Made by a program: the position numbers and the translations under genes. From a virus, in IMG/VR virus record IMGVR_UViG_3300005253_000166: a stretch of 64,000 nt of DNA; one strand, written 5' to 3'. Below the pieces are notes generated by a model. It ran no database searches, was not told the origin of the DNA, and saw only the letters and a program-made list of their open reading frames with translations. Position 1 is the stretch's first letter. Each line of letters begins with the position of its first letter. Shown in pieces: positions 36,484 through 47,000 of this stretch.

Positions 36484-36906
36484 ATGAAAAAACTATTGAT
36501 TATTTTATTCATATCTTTAATTATTTTATTGAGTGGGTGTGAATTGATTTATGGTGGTTGTCCACAATGTTATTGCCCTGAAAAGGTATGCCCGTCTTGT
36601 CCCAAATGCGAAGATATAAAACCTAAGGACAAGCTCTTAATTGTTGAGTTTAGGGGGTGGAAGGTATATGATAGTTATGAAGGGAAGGCAGGTAATGCAT
36701 ATGCTATTTTAAATCCAAATGATAGGAAGGTTTTAGCAGAAATTGAGACTCATTGTTATGATGAAGATAAAAATGAGATACCGAGTAGTGATAAATGGAA
36801 AGTCTTTATAGATGCAAAGTCTGAGGCATTTAATGGTCGTTATTGGTATACTAATTGTCTTGACCGGAGTATGGGTACAGTTGTAACAGCTAAAATAATA
36901 GATTAA
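36484..36906 (+). CDS. putative lipoprotein
   Basis: MKKLLIILFISLIILLSGC lipobox. Confidence 0.5.
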   Translation: MKKLLIILFISLIILLSGCELIYGGCPQCYCPEKVCPSCPKCEDIKPKDKLLIVEFRGWKVYDSYEGKAGNAYAILNPNDRKVLAEIETHCYDEDKNEIPSSDKWKVFIDAKSEAFNGRYWYTNCLDRSMGTVVTAKIID

Positions 36907-36912
36907 ATTTAA

Positions 36913-36963
36913 CCAAAAAAACACAAAATTTATAAAGTTGATTCACATGTATTTATATATATT
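36913..36963 (+). promoter_or_regulatory. repeated promoter-like element E (CCAAAAAAAC..TTTATAAAGTTG..N10..TATATATATA), copy 1
   Basis: ~75% identical over ~50 nt to 48450-48500. Confidence 0.5.
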
Positions 36964-37061
36964 AAAGATAATAGGTATTTGCCTGTCAGGTTTTGTATTT
37001 TTATGGATATCTGTCTGGCTATTAATCAAACTTTGTGATAAATTTATGTCGGAGGGGCCTG

Positions 37062-38000
37062 ATGAACGTCTTACAAATCCTTACACCAAGAATTAAAAAA
37101 AGGATACTTAAGACTGTTGATTTCCATAGGTACTACATAGACAGGATTCTTTTCGAGATGGTAAAGGTTGGTAAGGGTCGTGAAATGGCTTTTATCAATA
37201 ACAAAGGTGCCATCAGACATATCAAAGCGCACGCACTTTATTATCTAAAAGAGAACTTTAAAGCTTTTCATTTCTATGATAATCCCCGTAACATTTATTA
37301 TTCACTTGCTCATCTCGAAAATATGCCTATGTTTTCTTTTGTACCTATCGTCAGGAAACAGCAACAAGAGGTATTCAACCAAAATTTCCAGCAATATTTC
37401 AAAGGGATGGATTTTGGAATAGACTTTGATGAAAGTTGCAAATATTGCGAGGGAAAGCATAATTGTATCAAACACGAAAAAATGACTAACAAAGAGATTT
37501 GTTCCAAATGTGAAGATTATGAAACTAATTTCGATGTATTATACAATGATGTGAAACGTGTTAAAACGTCTTTCGATGATTACGGTTTGCCATATCAATT
37601 AAAATTCTCGGGTTCTGGATTTCATATCAATATCGAGTGGAAATATATCAAAGATTGTATGGATATCGCTAAAAGGATAAAACGGTTACAGAGTTCATCA
37701 GCAGAGGATTGTATTGCACTGTTGAAGTGGTTCTTGAGTGAATTGTCTGATATATTCAATGCAACCTCGCTGGACACTTCTGTAACCGATATCCGTCGTA
37801 TCTGGAAGATGCCATACAGTATTGATATTAAGACGGGAAACGTTGCACTACCGTTAACTGGTCAACAGTTTAGAAACTTCAATTTTGATATTGTTAAACC
37901 AGAGAATGTAATTGATACTGTGCGAAACAGGGGTTTGCTAGAGCGTAAAGGTACGTCTGAAAACCTCAAAAACTTTATGGAGAGTTTCTTGCTCGGGTGA
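37062..38000 (+). CDS. archaeo-eukaryotic primase (AEP / PrimPol-like) catalytic subunit
   Basis: motif I 'FGIDFDE' (DxD), motif II 'KFSGSGFHINI' (sGxGxH), motif III-like 'DTSVTDIRRIWKMPYS'; Cys cluster 'CKYCEGKHNC..CSKCEDY'. Confidence 0.55.
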   Translation: MNVLQILTPRIKKRILKTVDFHRYYIDRILFEMVKVGKGREMAFINNKGAIRHIKAHALYYLKENFKAFHFYDNPRNIYYSLAHLENMPMFSFVPIVRKQQQEVFNQNFQQYFKGMDFGIDFDESCKYCEGKHNCIKHEKMTNKEICSKCEDYETNFDVLYNDVKRVKTSFDDYGLPYQLKFSGSGFHINIEWKYIKDCMDIAKRIKRLQSSSAEDCIALLKWFLSELSDIFNATSLDTSVTDIRRIWKMPYSIDIKTGNVALPLTGQQFRNFNFDIVKPENVIDTVRNRGLLERKGTSENLKNFMESFLLG

Positions 38001-38005
38001 TAAAT

Positions 38006-38281
38006 ATGACTTACAAAATAGAAAAATCAGGCTTAGTTAAGGATATGGAAAAAAAGTTACCAAAGAAAGTTAGAGAGGCATTAGAGAGGAAATTAAAAGA
38101 GCTTGCTGAAAATCCTTTTGTTAGGAAGCCTGTTAAAAAGGAAGAATACTTTGTAGTAATGATGCAGATGATTGAACAGAGATTTGATTTAATTCCAGAT
38201 GAAGTTAAGAGCTTGTATATTTCAAATCCAGAATATTTTAAGAAAGGTGAATTTAAGATTATTATGGAATTATCTACGTAG
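38006..38281 (+). CDS. hypothetical protein
   Basis: ORF. Confidence 0.35.
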   Translation: MTYKIEKSGLVKDMEKKLPKKVREALERKLKELAENPFVRKPVKKEEYFVVMMQMIEQRFDLIPDEVKSLYISNPEYFKKGEFKIIMELST

Positions 38282-38292
38282 GTGATAAAAAA

Positions 38293-38580
38293 ATGATACC
38301 TGATGGAGAAGTTGGATGTAAAATATGTAACAAATCAATTTATCGTATTTTTGTTGAACATGTACAGGGACATTTAGATAAAGGTGGAATGGTTGGGGCT
38401 AAAGAATTAAAAAGAATGGCAGTTTTGCAGTTGAAAGATTTAGCCAAGGAATATTCTACTCATCATGCTGGTTCAAAGATGGATGAACTCTCAGCAAAAA
38501 TTAGTGTTATTAAAAACCGATTCAATATCAGCGACGAAGAATACGCTAAAATTTATCACGATGCTGTAAATGAGATTTAA
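38293..38580 (+). CDS. hypothetical protein
   Basis: ORF. Confidence 0.35.
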   Translation: MIPDGEVGCKICNKSIYRIFVEHVQGHLDKGGMVGAKELKRMAVLQLKDLAKEYSTHHAGSKMDELSAKISVIKNRFNISDEEYAKIYHDAVNEI

Positions 38581-38688
38581 AAATGTCAAATAACGAATAC
38601 GACCCATATTATTGTTATATGTGTGGATGTCCTATGAGCGAATGTATTAAGAATAAATGTGGTTGTCCTAACGACGGGGGCTATTAAG

Positions 38689-39414
38689 ATGGTATCTCGA
38701 ACAAGATTAGGTGGAGCGAGGAGTATTTCTGGATATGCTCGTACAATGATGCCCGAGAGTATTCGGAAACTTGCTTCTTATATCTATGTAGACAAAGCAC
38801 TATTATTGAAGTTGTCGGAGACTGGACTTAATCCTACTCGAGTCGACGAATTACGAGCCATCTTATTACTTAATCAAAATCCTGGGTCTGATATTGGTGG
38901 TCCACTCGATGCTTACGACGCTCTTGTAATGGAGCTTGCTACCTTTATAATTGAAGATAATATGGATTTAATCGAAGATGAGATTAGAAAAGCCCAAAGT
39001 GAGGCGTTAGGTATTGGTCCTGAAGAAGAAATTTCTGAAGAGATTATCGAAGAGGTTCCTGGAGAAACCATAGAAGAGCGTACTGTTCGTGAGGCGGGTG
39101 TAGAGAGAGAGGAAGTTCTTATTCCTGAGAAGATAAGAGTTGTGAGTAAAAAGGGTGTTGTTACCCACCGTGCAAAGAGTGTACCCTATAGAAAGAGAGG
39201 TGTGCCTGGTTTGTCTTCACAAGAACAGTTCTTGTATTCACGTGTCGGTCAACCTATTGTAGATACGCAACATGAATATATAAGCAGGTTCAAGATATAC
39301 AGAACAAAGCGGTCTCTTAGTACCAAGCAAAGAAGAGTCGCAAAACGAGTAGTATTATCAGAGAAGGAACGAGCAAGAAGTGAAGGGGCAGGCAAAGGGA
39401 TGACGCCTAAGTAG
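38689..39414 (+). CDS. hypothetical acidic/basic bipartite protein (locally higher GC)
   Basis: ORF; start uncertain (track 38659). Confidence 0.35.
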   Translation: MVSRTRLGGARSISGYARTMMPESIRKLASYIYVDKALLLKLSETGLNPTRVDELRAILLLNQNPGSDIGGPLDAYDALVMELATFIIEDNMDLIEDEIRKAQSEALGIGPEEEISEEIIEEVPGETIEERTVREAGVEREEVLIPEKIRVVSKKGVVTHRAKSVPYRKRGVPGLSSQEQFLYSRVGQPIVDTQHEYISRFKIYRTKRSLSTKQRRVAKRVVLSEKERARSEGAGKGMTPK

Positions 39415-39435
39415 TCAGGAACAGAGCTGATTAAG

Positions 39436-39756
39436 ATGATAAATTCTGAACAAACTAGAAAAGAGTTTAAACGAGGTATTATAGTTATGTCGCTAGTGTT
39501 TATTTGGGGCCTGCTTGGAATGCTTATAATATCTGCCCTTCTCGGGAAGTTTTATATTTGGCACCTTTCCTGGAATCTCGTTCCAGTGGTCGCTTTTCTA
39601 GCTGCTTTAATGTACGATGTTAAACATGAGGAAATTCCAGACGTCGAAGTAGAACCAAAACCTGGGGGTGTGTGGACTGAACTGGGTGAAGATAAAATTA
39701 CAATTATCAGAGAAGCTAGTCCATTAGTTGAAAAGAAGTACACCGGCATATATTAG
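39436..39756 (+). CDS. membrane protein
   Basis: two TM helices. Confidence 0.4.
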   Translation: MINSEQTRKEFKRGIIVMSLVFIWGLLGMLIISALLGKFYIWHLSWNLVPVVAFLAALMYDVKHEEIPDVEVEPKPGGVWTELGEDKITIIREASPLVEKKYTGIY

Positions 39757-39765
39757 GGGTGAATC

Positions 39766-40029
39766 ATGATGAAATCTAACGAAGATAACATAATGAAATT
39801 TGGTGAAGATGAAGTTAACTCTGGGAATGGGATTAGATTAGTGTGGAAGGGTCTTAAAGGGTTGGCTATGCTTATGCTCATTTTCGGGAAAATTATGTTC
39901 AAATTTTTCCTTTGGTTTGGTAAAGTTTTTATGAAATTTGGTGAATCTTATGGCAAATCGATGGATAAGAAGATGAAAAATATAGACAAAGAAAACAAGA
40001 AGTATGCTAAACAATTTAAACAATATTGA
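39766..40029 (+). CDS. hypothetical protein
   Basis: ORF. Confidence 0.35.
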   Translation: MMKSNEDNIMKFGEDEVNSGNGIRLVWKGLKGLAMLMLIFGKIMFKFFLWFGKVFMKFGESYGKSMDKKMKNIDKENKKYAKQFKQY

Positions 40030-40044
40030 GGTGAATAAAACAAA

Positions 40045-40923
40045 ATGAAACTTAAATTTGAAAAGATAATATTAGCAATATTATCGACTCCTATAGTATT
40101 AGGGGCACAGGTAGTGGAAGAACAGGGAGTGATACGGACGGATATGTTTAGTCAGGTATTTGGGTTTTTCGGCAAAGCTTGGAAGTTTATGCTTTGGGCA
40201 GTAATTCTTTTTATATTTTGTATAGTCGTCTATTATTTATTTAAAAAGCTCGATGACGATAGAAAAGAAAGGGACGAACCTGGTTATCAAGTATACAAAG
40301 CATTAAAAAAGACTTGTATGCTTCAGTCAGATAAGCGACGTATCAGGAAGTCGTGGGCCTTAATAAATTTATTGTGGTTTGGTTTACCTCTCATTAAGAG
40401 AGAGCACTCGACTAAATTCCTCGACATATCAAATCGTGTTTTGGGTTACTATCGTGGTGAAGCGCAAACAATGGATAACACTATTAACTATCTTGGGTAC
40501 AAGCGTAAATTTTTTATCTTTTTTGAGGAAACATTCATTATGAAGATTCCCCATATTATAAAAGTCAAAAGGAAAGATAAGAAGACTAATGAAGAAAAGA
40601 CTGAAACGATTGATTTGACTGGTTACCTCAAAGAATTGCCTAATGGTGACATAAAGATAGATTGTGTTGGTATAGAACGTCTTGGACTTTATTATTATTG
40701 TCCTGTATTTGTAATTGACGAAAAGCATGGAAAACTAGATTATCGAAAGGTCATGGAAGGTAGCATAGTGGATACAACTTACCAAACAATGTTGCAGAGA
40801 ATTGTTAATGTCCAAGCCAAGATGATGGAAAAAGCTACATTGTCAAATCCTGGTGTACAAGCACAACGACTCGGCGCCGAAAAAACCAAGGAAGAATCCA
40901 AGTTGGATGCAGGTGTAACATGA
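40045..40923 (+). CDS. membrane protein
   Basis: TM helices near N-terminus. Confidence 0.4.
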   Translation: MKLKFEKIILAILSTPIVLGAQVVEEQGVIRTDMFSQVFGFFGKAWKFMLWAVILFIFCIVVYYLFKKLDDDRKERDEPGYQVYKALKKTCMLQSDKRRIRKSWALINLLWFGLPLIKREHSTKFLDISNRVLGYYRGEAQTMDNTINYLGYKRKFFIFFEETFIMKIPHIIKVKRKDKKTNEEKTETIDLTGYLKELPNGDIKIDCVGIERLGLYYYCPVFVIDEKHGKLDYRKVMEGSIVDTTYQTMLQRIVNVQAKMMEKATLSNPGVQAQRLGAEKTKEESKLDAGVT

Positions 40924-41130
40924 CTGGAGTATTAGAATTGGGAACCAATGCTTTTATCATTACTAGTATTGGTATAGTAATAGGCTCGATGTTTTTTGTT
41001 TACCTTATTCATGGCCTTACTAAGATTGGAGAGAGATTAAGGAAGTTAAAAATCGGAATTAGATAAGCAAAACCTGTTCTCTTTTACGACGCTCACTCGT
41101 CGTTACTGGTAATACATTTTTGAGGATAAT

Positions 41131-41610
41131 ATGCAACTAGTATCATTCGTAGTCCAGCATTATGTAGCACTTCCGTATCAGAAATTTACGGAGAAGGTAA
41201 TTGCAGCTCTTGCAATATTTCAGGTTATACAAAAACAGACACAAGACCCTAAAAAAGTCATGGAATTTGAAAACGACGAATTAGAGATTATGTGGATTGA
41301 AGAAAATACCAATACCAAGGTAATGGTACCTATTTATGTATTGGATAGATGTGTTAATCCTGCCAAAGGGGAATTTAGGGTTACTCAAAATAAAGTAACA
41401 TTTGATACAAATATTCCTGATGAGAATGCTGAAGATATGGCGAAGCAAGTGGAATTAACTGAAAATCAGATACAGAAATATTTATGTATGGCTATAAGGC
41501 GTGTTAACGATATTGTTATGAAAAATGTCAAAGCTTATAGCGAAGAAATACCAATCCCTGACCTAGGCATGATAACGACTGAACCTGGTTTAGACTTCAA
41601 AGATGTTTAA
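41131..41610 (+). CDS. hypothetical protein
   Basis: ORF. Confidence 0.4.
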   Translation: MQLVSFVVQHYVALPYQKFTEKVIAALAIFQVIQKQTQDPKKVMEFENDELEIMWIEENTNTKVMVPIYVLDRCVNPAKGEFRVTQNKVTFDTNIPDENAEDMAKQVELTENQIQKYLCMAIRRVNDIVMKNVKAYSEEIPIPDLGMITTEPGLDFKDV

Positions 41611-41764
41611 TAATCACCCCTTTAGTCTTTGTGGTGACCAACTACCGTCGACCTTTAGGCCGAAGGTGTCGGAAGTTCGTAGGCATTAGGTATATCCTGT
41701 TTTGTGAGAAAGGCAGGATATACTTTTCATAATCCATGTAGTTTTGTTAGAATCAAGGTGTAAA

Positions 41765-42808
41765 ATGATAGACCTACCACAATTAAATTATAAGGATATG
41801 TTATCATTAAAGAGAATTAGGGTACACTTTCCTATGCAATTTTATCAAAATGTTACATCATTCTTTATTGGGCAAATGTCTGAGTATATTAAGGATTGTC
41901 GTGTTTGGCGTATCGTCCTAATGGGAGAGACGAGGGGTGGTAAAAGTGAAACTGCAATGACTATTGCCAAGCTCTACGTTAATATTTTTAATCAATACCT
42001 TAAGAAAGACGCTTTCAAACACATGAAGTTTGATAAATATCTTAAGGTTGCTCCGTTAACATTTGGAATCGATTATGTTGTTGGTTCACAAAGCAATTAC
42101 ATATATACTTTGAGAGAACAAAAGAAATCTGGGAAACTAAAGTTTGGGCAAATATGGCAAATCGATGAGAATAGGGAAAACGTTGGCGGTCTTGGTACAT
42201 TTTCAGAAATGTTGGACCTTGCCAATATAAATAACATTGTTGCTAAGTTTATGCAAAGTGAACTATGGTTAACTCCTGTTAAGCTCCAGCAGAGAAATGC
42301 TCCTTATGGTCTATATGTATATAAAAAAGATACAGTTAATAGAGTAAACTGGTGTTTATTATATAAAATTGAGATGGGTGTTAAAGGTACCTTAGAATAT
42401 ATTTTTATGGGGTGGGTGAAAGTTCCTCTCCATCATGATGTTAATTTGCGTAACGAGTATGAGATGAAAAAGAATAAATGGATAGCGAATGAAATTGAAG
42501 GTGCAGTCGACCAGCGTGTGATTCAGCGTAAGCATGCTGCTGAACAATTATCAAAAGACCCAGTTTTTAGTGAAATGAGTAAGAGTGGCAAAAGTTTTGC
42601 ATTATCAAAGGACCAACAACTAGCTTTGCTTGAACAATATATAATCGAGGGTAAGACTCAGAGATGGAATGAACTCGAAATGTATCGTATCATTAGTGAA
42701 GGTAGAATGCTTGTTATGCAACGTATAAATAAGGAACGTTCGCTTGAACTCGAACAAGAATTTGGTCCAATCAAAGACAAAAAAGTCAAGCGTGAAATCG
42801 AAGTATAA
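41765..42808 (+). CDS. P-loop NTPase, putative genome-packaging ATPase (FtsK-HerA/terminase-like)
   Basis: Walker A 'LMGETRGGKSE', Walker B 'IWQIDENREN'; position immediately upstream of structural block. Confidence 0.4.
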   Translation: MIDLPQLNYKDMLSLKRIRVHFPMQFYQNVTSFFIGQMSEYIKDCRVWRIVLMGETRGGKSETAMTIAKLYVNIFNQYLKKDAFKHMKFDKYLKVAPLTFGIDYVVGSQSNYIYTLREQKKSGKLKFGQIWQIDENRENVGGLGTFSEMLDLANINNIVAKFMQSELWLTPVKLQQRNAPYGLYVYKKDTVNRVNWCLLYKIEMGVKGTLEYIFMGWVKVPLHHDVNLRNEYEMKKNKWIANEIEGAVDQRVIQRKHAAEQLSKDPVFSEMSKSGKSFALSKDQQLALLEQYIIEGKTQRWNELEMYRIISEGRMLVMQRINKERSLELEQEFGPIKDKKVKREIEV

Positions 42809-42832
42809 TAGAGTTGGTAATTATATTAAGAG

Positions 42833-43216
42833 GTGAACGAAATTAAACTTTGTCCAAAATGCGGACGCAAAATAGATTTCAATATAGTAAGCAATTTATA
42901 TTGGTGCAATTCGTGTGGTTATAAGTTAATTGATGATAAGAATCCTAATAAAAATATCCTTGTCTCAACTGATTTAAGAAGATTAATGTTATCATGGGAA
43001 AGCGGTTGGGATAAGGTGTATTCACATGTTTATCAATTAGATTTACTTAAAATAATGAATATGGCTCAGCATCTAAGTATACCTAAGTATGTTGATTGGG
43101 CTGAGCGAATAATACATCAAATAGATAAGATTGAAAAACGGGGTACTGATTTCAATCGGTTAGATAAGTTACCTCGAATATTCCTCAAAGACTATTTAGA
43201 TTCGCGTACGGTGTAG
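42833..43216 (+). CDS. protein with N-terminal zinc ribbon
   Basis: CPKCGRK..CNSCGYK. Confidence 0.4.
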   Translation: MNEIKLCPKCGRKIDFNIVSNLYWCNSCGYKLIDDKNPNKNILVSTDLRRLMLSWESGWDKVYSHVYQLDLLKIMNMAQHLSIPKYVDWAERIIHQIDKIEKRGTDFNRLDKLPRIFLKDYLDSRTV

Positions 43217-43386
43217 GTATAGAGAATGGAAATGATTCAGGATATAACCAAAAATGTTCTAGTTATGGTTGGCTCAGTATTAATTTCATCAGTAGTTGTT
43301 ATTCTTATTGTGCTTTGTTTGTTTTATTTGCTTAAGGGTCAATTTGCCCCTTCAAAAATAACTGAGTATATATTTTTTAATTAAAA

Positions 43387-43650
43387 ATGATAGAATCAAC
43401 AAATATTCAATTACATGAGAAGGATGCGAAGTTAATAATATTTCTAACAATATTATTAATAGTTGTTGTAGCGTTTGGTTGTTTTTATGGGGGTATTCAG
43501 TATTCAAAAACTAGGTTCGTCGAAGAATCAACATATGAATTAGAACAATTGCTCCTTACAAATTTCAGCTATGTTTGTGGGGCTGGATGGGAACAATATT
43601 ATCTTGACAATCTCGATAACTATAGTATAAGTTTGGAGAGCATTAAATGA
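43387..43650 (+). CDS. membrane protein
   Basis: TM helix. Confidence 0.35.
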   Translation: MIESTNIQLHEKDAKLIIFLTILLIVVVAFGCFYGGIQYSKTRFVEESTYELEQLLLTNFSYVCGAGWEQYYLDNLDNYSISLESIK

Positions 43651-44072
43651 AATTGATACGGCCTGCGAAGTTAGATAGTGAAGGGAACAATATTCCACCA
43701 TTGGTTCAAATTAATAAGGATATTCCTCATTCACCGTTGGCATTTGGAGTTTTAATGGTAATGCTTTTTATAGTTGGCATGGCTATTATTTCAGGCATCT
43801 TCATCTTCTATGATAAATTTTTTAAACAACCAGAATACGTTCCAGATTATCACACATTAAGAGATAATCTTGTAATGCCTGATGGCCGTAGTTACTGGGA
43901 CGACAACAACCACACTGATATGATGGTTGCTGCTCAAATCCTAGAAACCTACCTCGACAAAAAAATTGCAGGTGAAAATGAAACGAATATAACAGTGGAA
44001 CAATTCTTAAAATTATCAGCAAAGCCTATTTTAAATGGGGGTGGTGGTAGTGGAGGTCGACGTAGACAATGA
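43647..44072 (+). CDS. membrane protein with Gly-rich C-terminus
   Basis: TM helix; GGGGSGGRRRQ tail. Confidence 0.4.
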   Translation: MKLIRPAKLDSEGNNIPPLVQINKDIPHSPLAFGVLMVMLFIVGMAIISGIFIFYDKFFKQPEYVPDYHTLRDNLVMPDGRSYWDDNNHTDMMVAAQILETYLDKKIAGENETNITVEQFLKLSAKPILNGGGGSGGRRRQ

Positions 44073-47000
44073 AAAGGTTGATTACTATTTGCTTAATATC
44101 ATTATTGATATTAGTTTCTTTTGTGAGTGCTGCTATCACCAGTACATTTTGTGAGTCAGCAGGTTCTCATTCTGTTGATTGTCCGACTGGCTGTGGTGAT
44201 TGTGCTGTAACCTGTACAAACCCTACTTATCAGACTAATGATTGCTGGGAACAATGGACAGTCTATTGTATAACTTGTAGTGACCCGGGTGATAATTATG
44301 ATGTAACGTTTTATGCTAATTCTTCATGGACTTCCGACAGTAACTTAGCAGACACTTGTAATTTCGGAAATGCTTGCTTTAGCAGTTCTAATAGTTGTGG
44401 GGGGAGTGATTGGATATGGGCTTATAGTTTTTGGGGTTATTGCGGTTTAGCTGATTATGGTACTTTAGAGGGTAATGTTCGAGTAGTTGATACTGGTACT
44501 TTCGCTGGTACTTCTACTGCTTCAGATACTGAGGCCATAGCTGTTAAAACAGAGGAATGGTCAACAATGCCTGATGCTGGTGAAATCTACAAAACTTCCG
44601 TCATGAAAGAAGTTGCTGCTATTACCCAACCTTATGGTTATTATACGGCACAACAACTAAAGATGTATTATAAAGGAACGACAGCTTATCCCGATACTTA
44701 TGCTAGCCATAAAATCGATACTTGGGATGATGTATGTACTGGTGGTGGTACGGTATGTGAAGCGTTAGTTGATTGGGATGATTACAGTGAACTGAGTAGT
44801 GATGCAGAAGATGCATTCGATGATAACAAATGCAGTATAAGTTGTGGGGCAAAATCTGTGGCGACCATTCAATCAACATTGAGGAATGGTTTTCCTATCA
44901 TTGTAAAAGTCGATGGGTCAGATTTGGAATTGGAAGCATCAGGTGATACATCATTAAGTACGTCGTGGGGAATTGGTGATTACGCAGAGTATGATGGTAA
45001 TCTTTTAGTTGTAGGTAATGATTCGTCTGGCTATTATGTTTATCATCCTTACAATCAAAAACAAAAATATTCTTATGCAACGTTCAATAATTTCTATGAC
45101 GGTCTTGCTTGTACATTTTCTTGTGACATCGACAGTATACTTGGTGCATCCGCTATTAGTGTTTGGTCTTATGATACTGTTACATTAATGCCTAGTGGTG
45201 CCTATGAAACAGGTGGTATATTCGACCCATTTTGTGGTTGTTGGGATTATAATGGGGATGGCGATTATGAAGATATAGGCGATGAATGTCGTCATGCGAA
45301 TGTTGAATCGGGACAAGATTGCTGTGATGATTGTCCTGATGTTGGTGTCGTATATTCTGGAACAGAAGTTACTAGTTCTGCTTGGAATGCTCAAGTCACA
45401 ATGCAAGAGAATAGTTCTGAGACTATAGATATTGCATTTACTGCAGTTGCAAGTGGCAATACAGATGATAGGAGTGCTGTTTTTGCAGAAACTGATATTA
45501 CTATCACCTGGAACAATCCTACAATAACTGGTGATATTCAGTATGCGGCTGGCGGTTATGACGATGACGAAAATGACGATGGTAACTTAGTCAAAACATA
45601 TACAATTGGTTTTAATGCATCTGGTAGTTCTTCAAATGGTGGCAATAATTATACAAATATTTGGGGTGCTATTTGGAATATTATGTTTACTACTTCCGGT
45701 GTTGTTGATAAATCTTATTGTGTCTCTAATTATACAAATACTGGCCAAGAAGTAGTCGACCCCGAATCATGGTGCACTTCTGTTTGTGCATCTTGTACAT
45801 TCAACGATTCAGAATGGACCAAAATTATAAACCACTCCTACCCTTTAAAAGCGAATTTTACAGCTACTGTTAGATTGGTAACAGTTAATTACGGACCGTC
45901 TGCTGGAATAGGTTGGTCGGGTACTGCATCAATTAACTTCTCTTACACTGATTCCAGTCTAATTCCAGCTTTCGATAGTGTTGTTGTTAATGGAATTAAT
46001 ATCACGGATTGGAATCCCCCTTTAACTGACCCTATTATTTTTAATATGAATAATACAATATTTGATGAAGATTATATACAATGGATGGCAGTTGATTATG
46101 ACGATGATGATGATACAGATAGGTGTTACAGTCGCGATTTGGCTTATTCTTTGCATTGTGAAAACAATGCTACTTTTTTAGACGCTGATTTTAGTGGTTA
46201 TTGGTCAGATAATCAAACTTCAGCTGATAACATACAACTTTTCTCGATTACTATAACTGCAGATAGTTTGGCAGACGCTAATGTCAATAAAAATGTATCA
46301 ATTCAAATGGCGACAAGGCTTAATATTAGTGGTTGGGTTAAGCAAGAATATCAATTTCAGAGTGCTACTTTAATAGCAGAGTTGAATCTTGTCGATAGTG
46401 ATACGGATACATGGGATACTGATTATGGTGATACAATTTGGTATAATCTAAATGATACACAATTCAATAGATACAATTCATCATTCATAAATATAGAAGA
46501 AGTTAATATTAGTGCCGTTGATTGTTACGATAATGTTTTAATCAAAGCTTTGTGTACAGTACTTGGTTTTTTACAACTACCAGACAGCTGGTGTTATTGT
46601 GTTGTAGAGTCTGTTACTAGGCGTGATTGGAATCACTCTCCAATTCTCGGAGTGTGTTATGATTATACAGATGACGGGACTTATGATAAATGTTTTTCTT
46701 CCCATACAGCCGACGAAAATTATTGGACAGGGTTTAGTATGGAAGACGCTGATAAATGCGATATAGGATGTGATTATACAGAACATCCTGAGACTGAGAA
46801 CTGGTATTTGAATTATAGTCTACCAGGTGTAGGTACTGGTAGTGGGATATTAGAGGGATACATGTGTAATATCTATGAAAATTGTGATAACGACCTTCAA
46901 GCATATAGTTTTGAAGCTCCAAATTATATAGCTAATTGCAGTATAGTAGAAAATATAAATACCAAGGTTACTTATAGACTTACAGGGCCGACATTCCATA

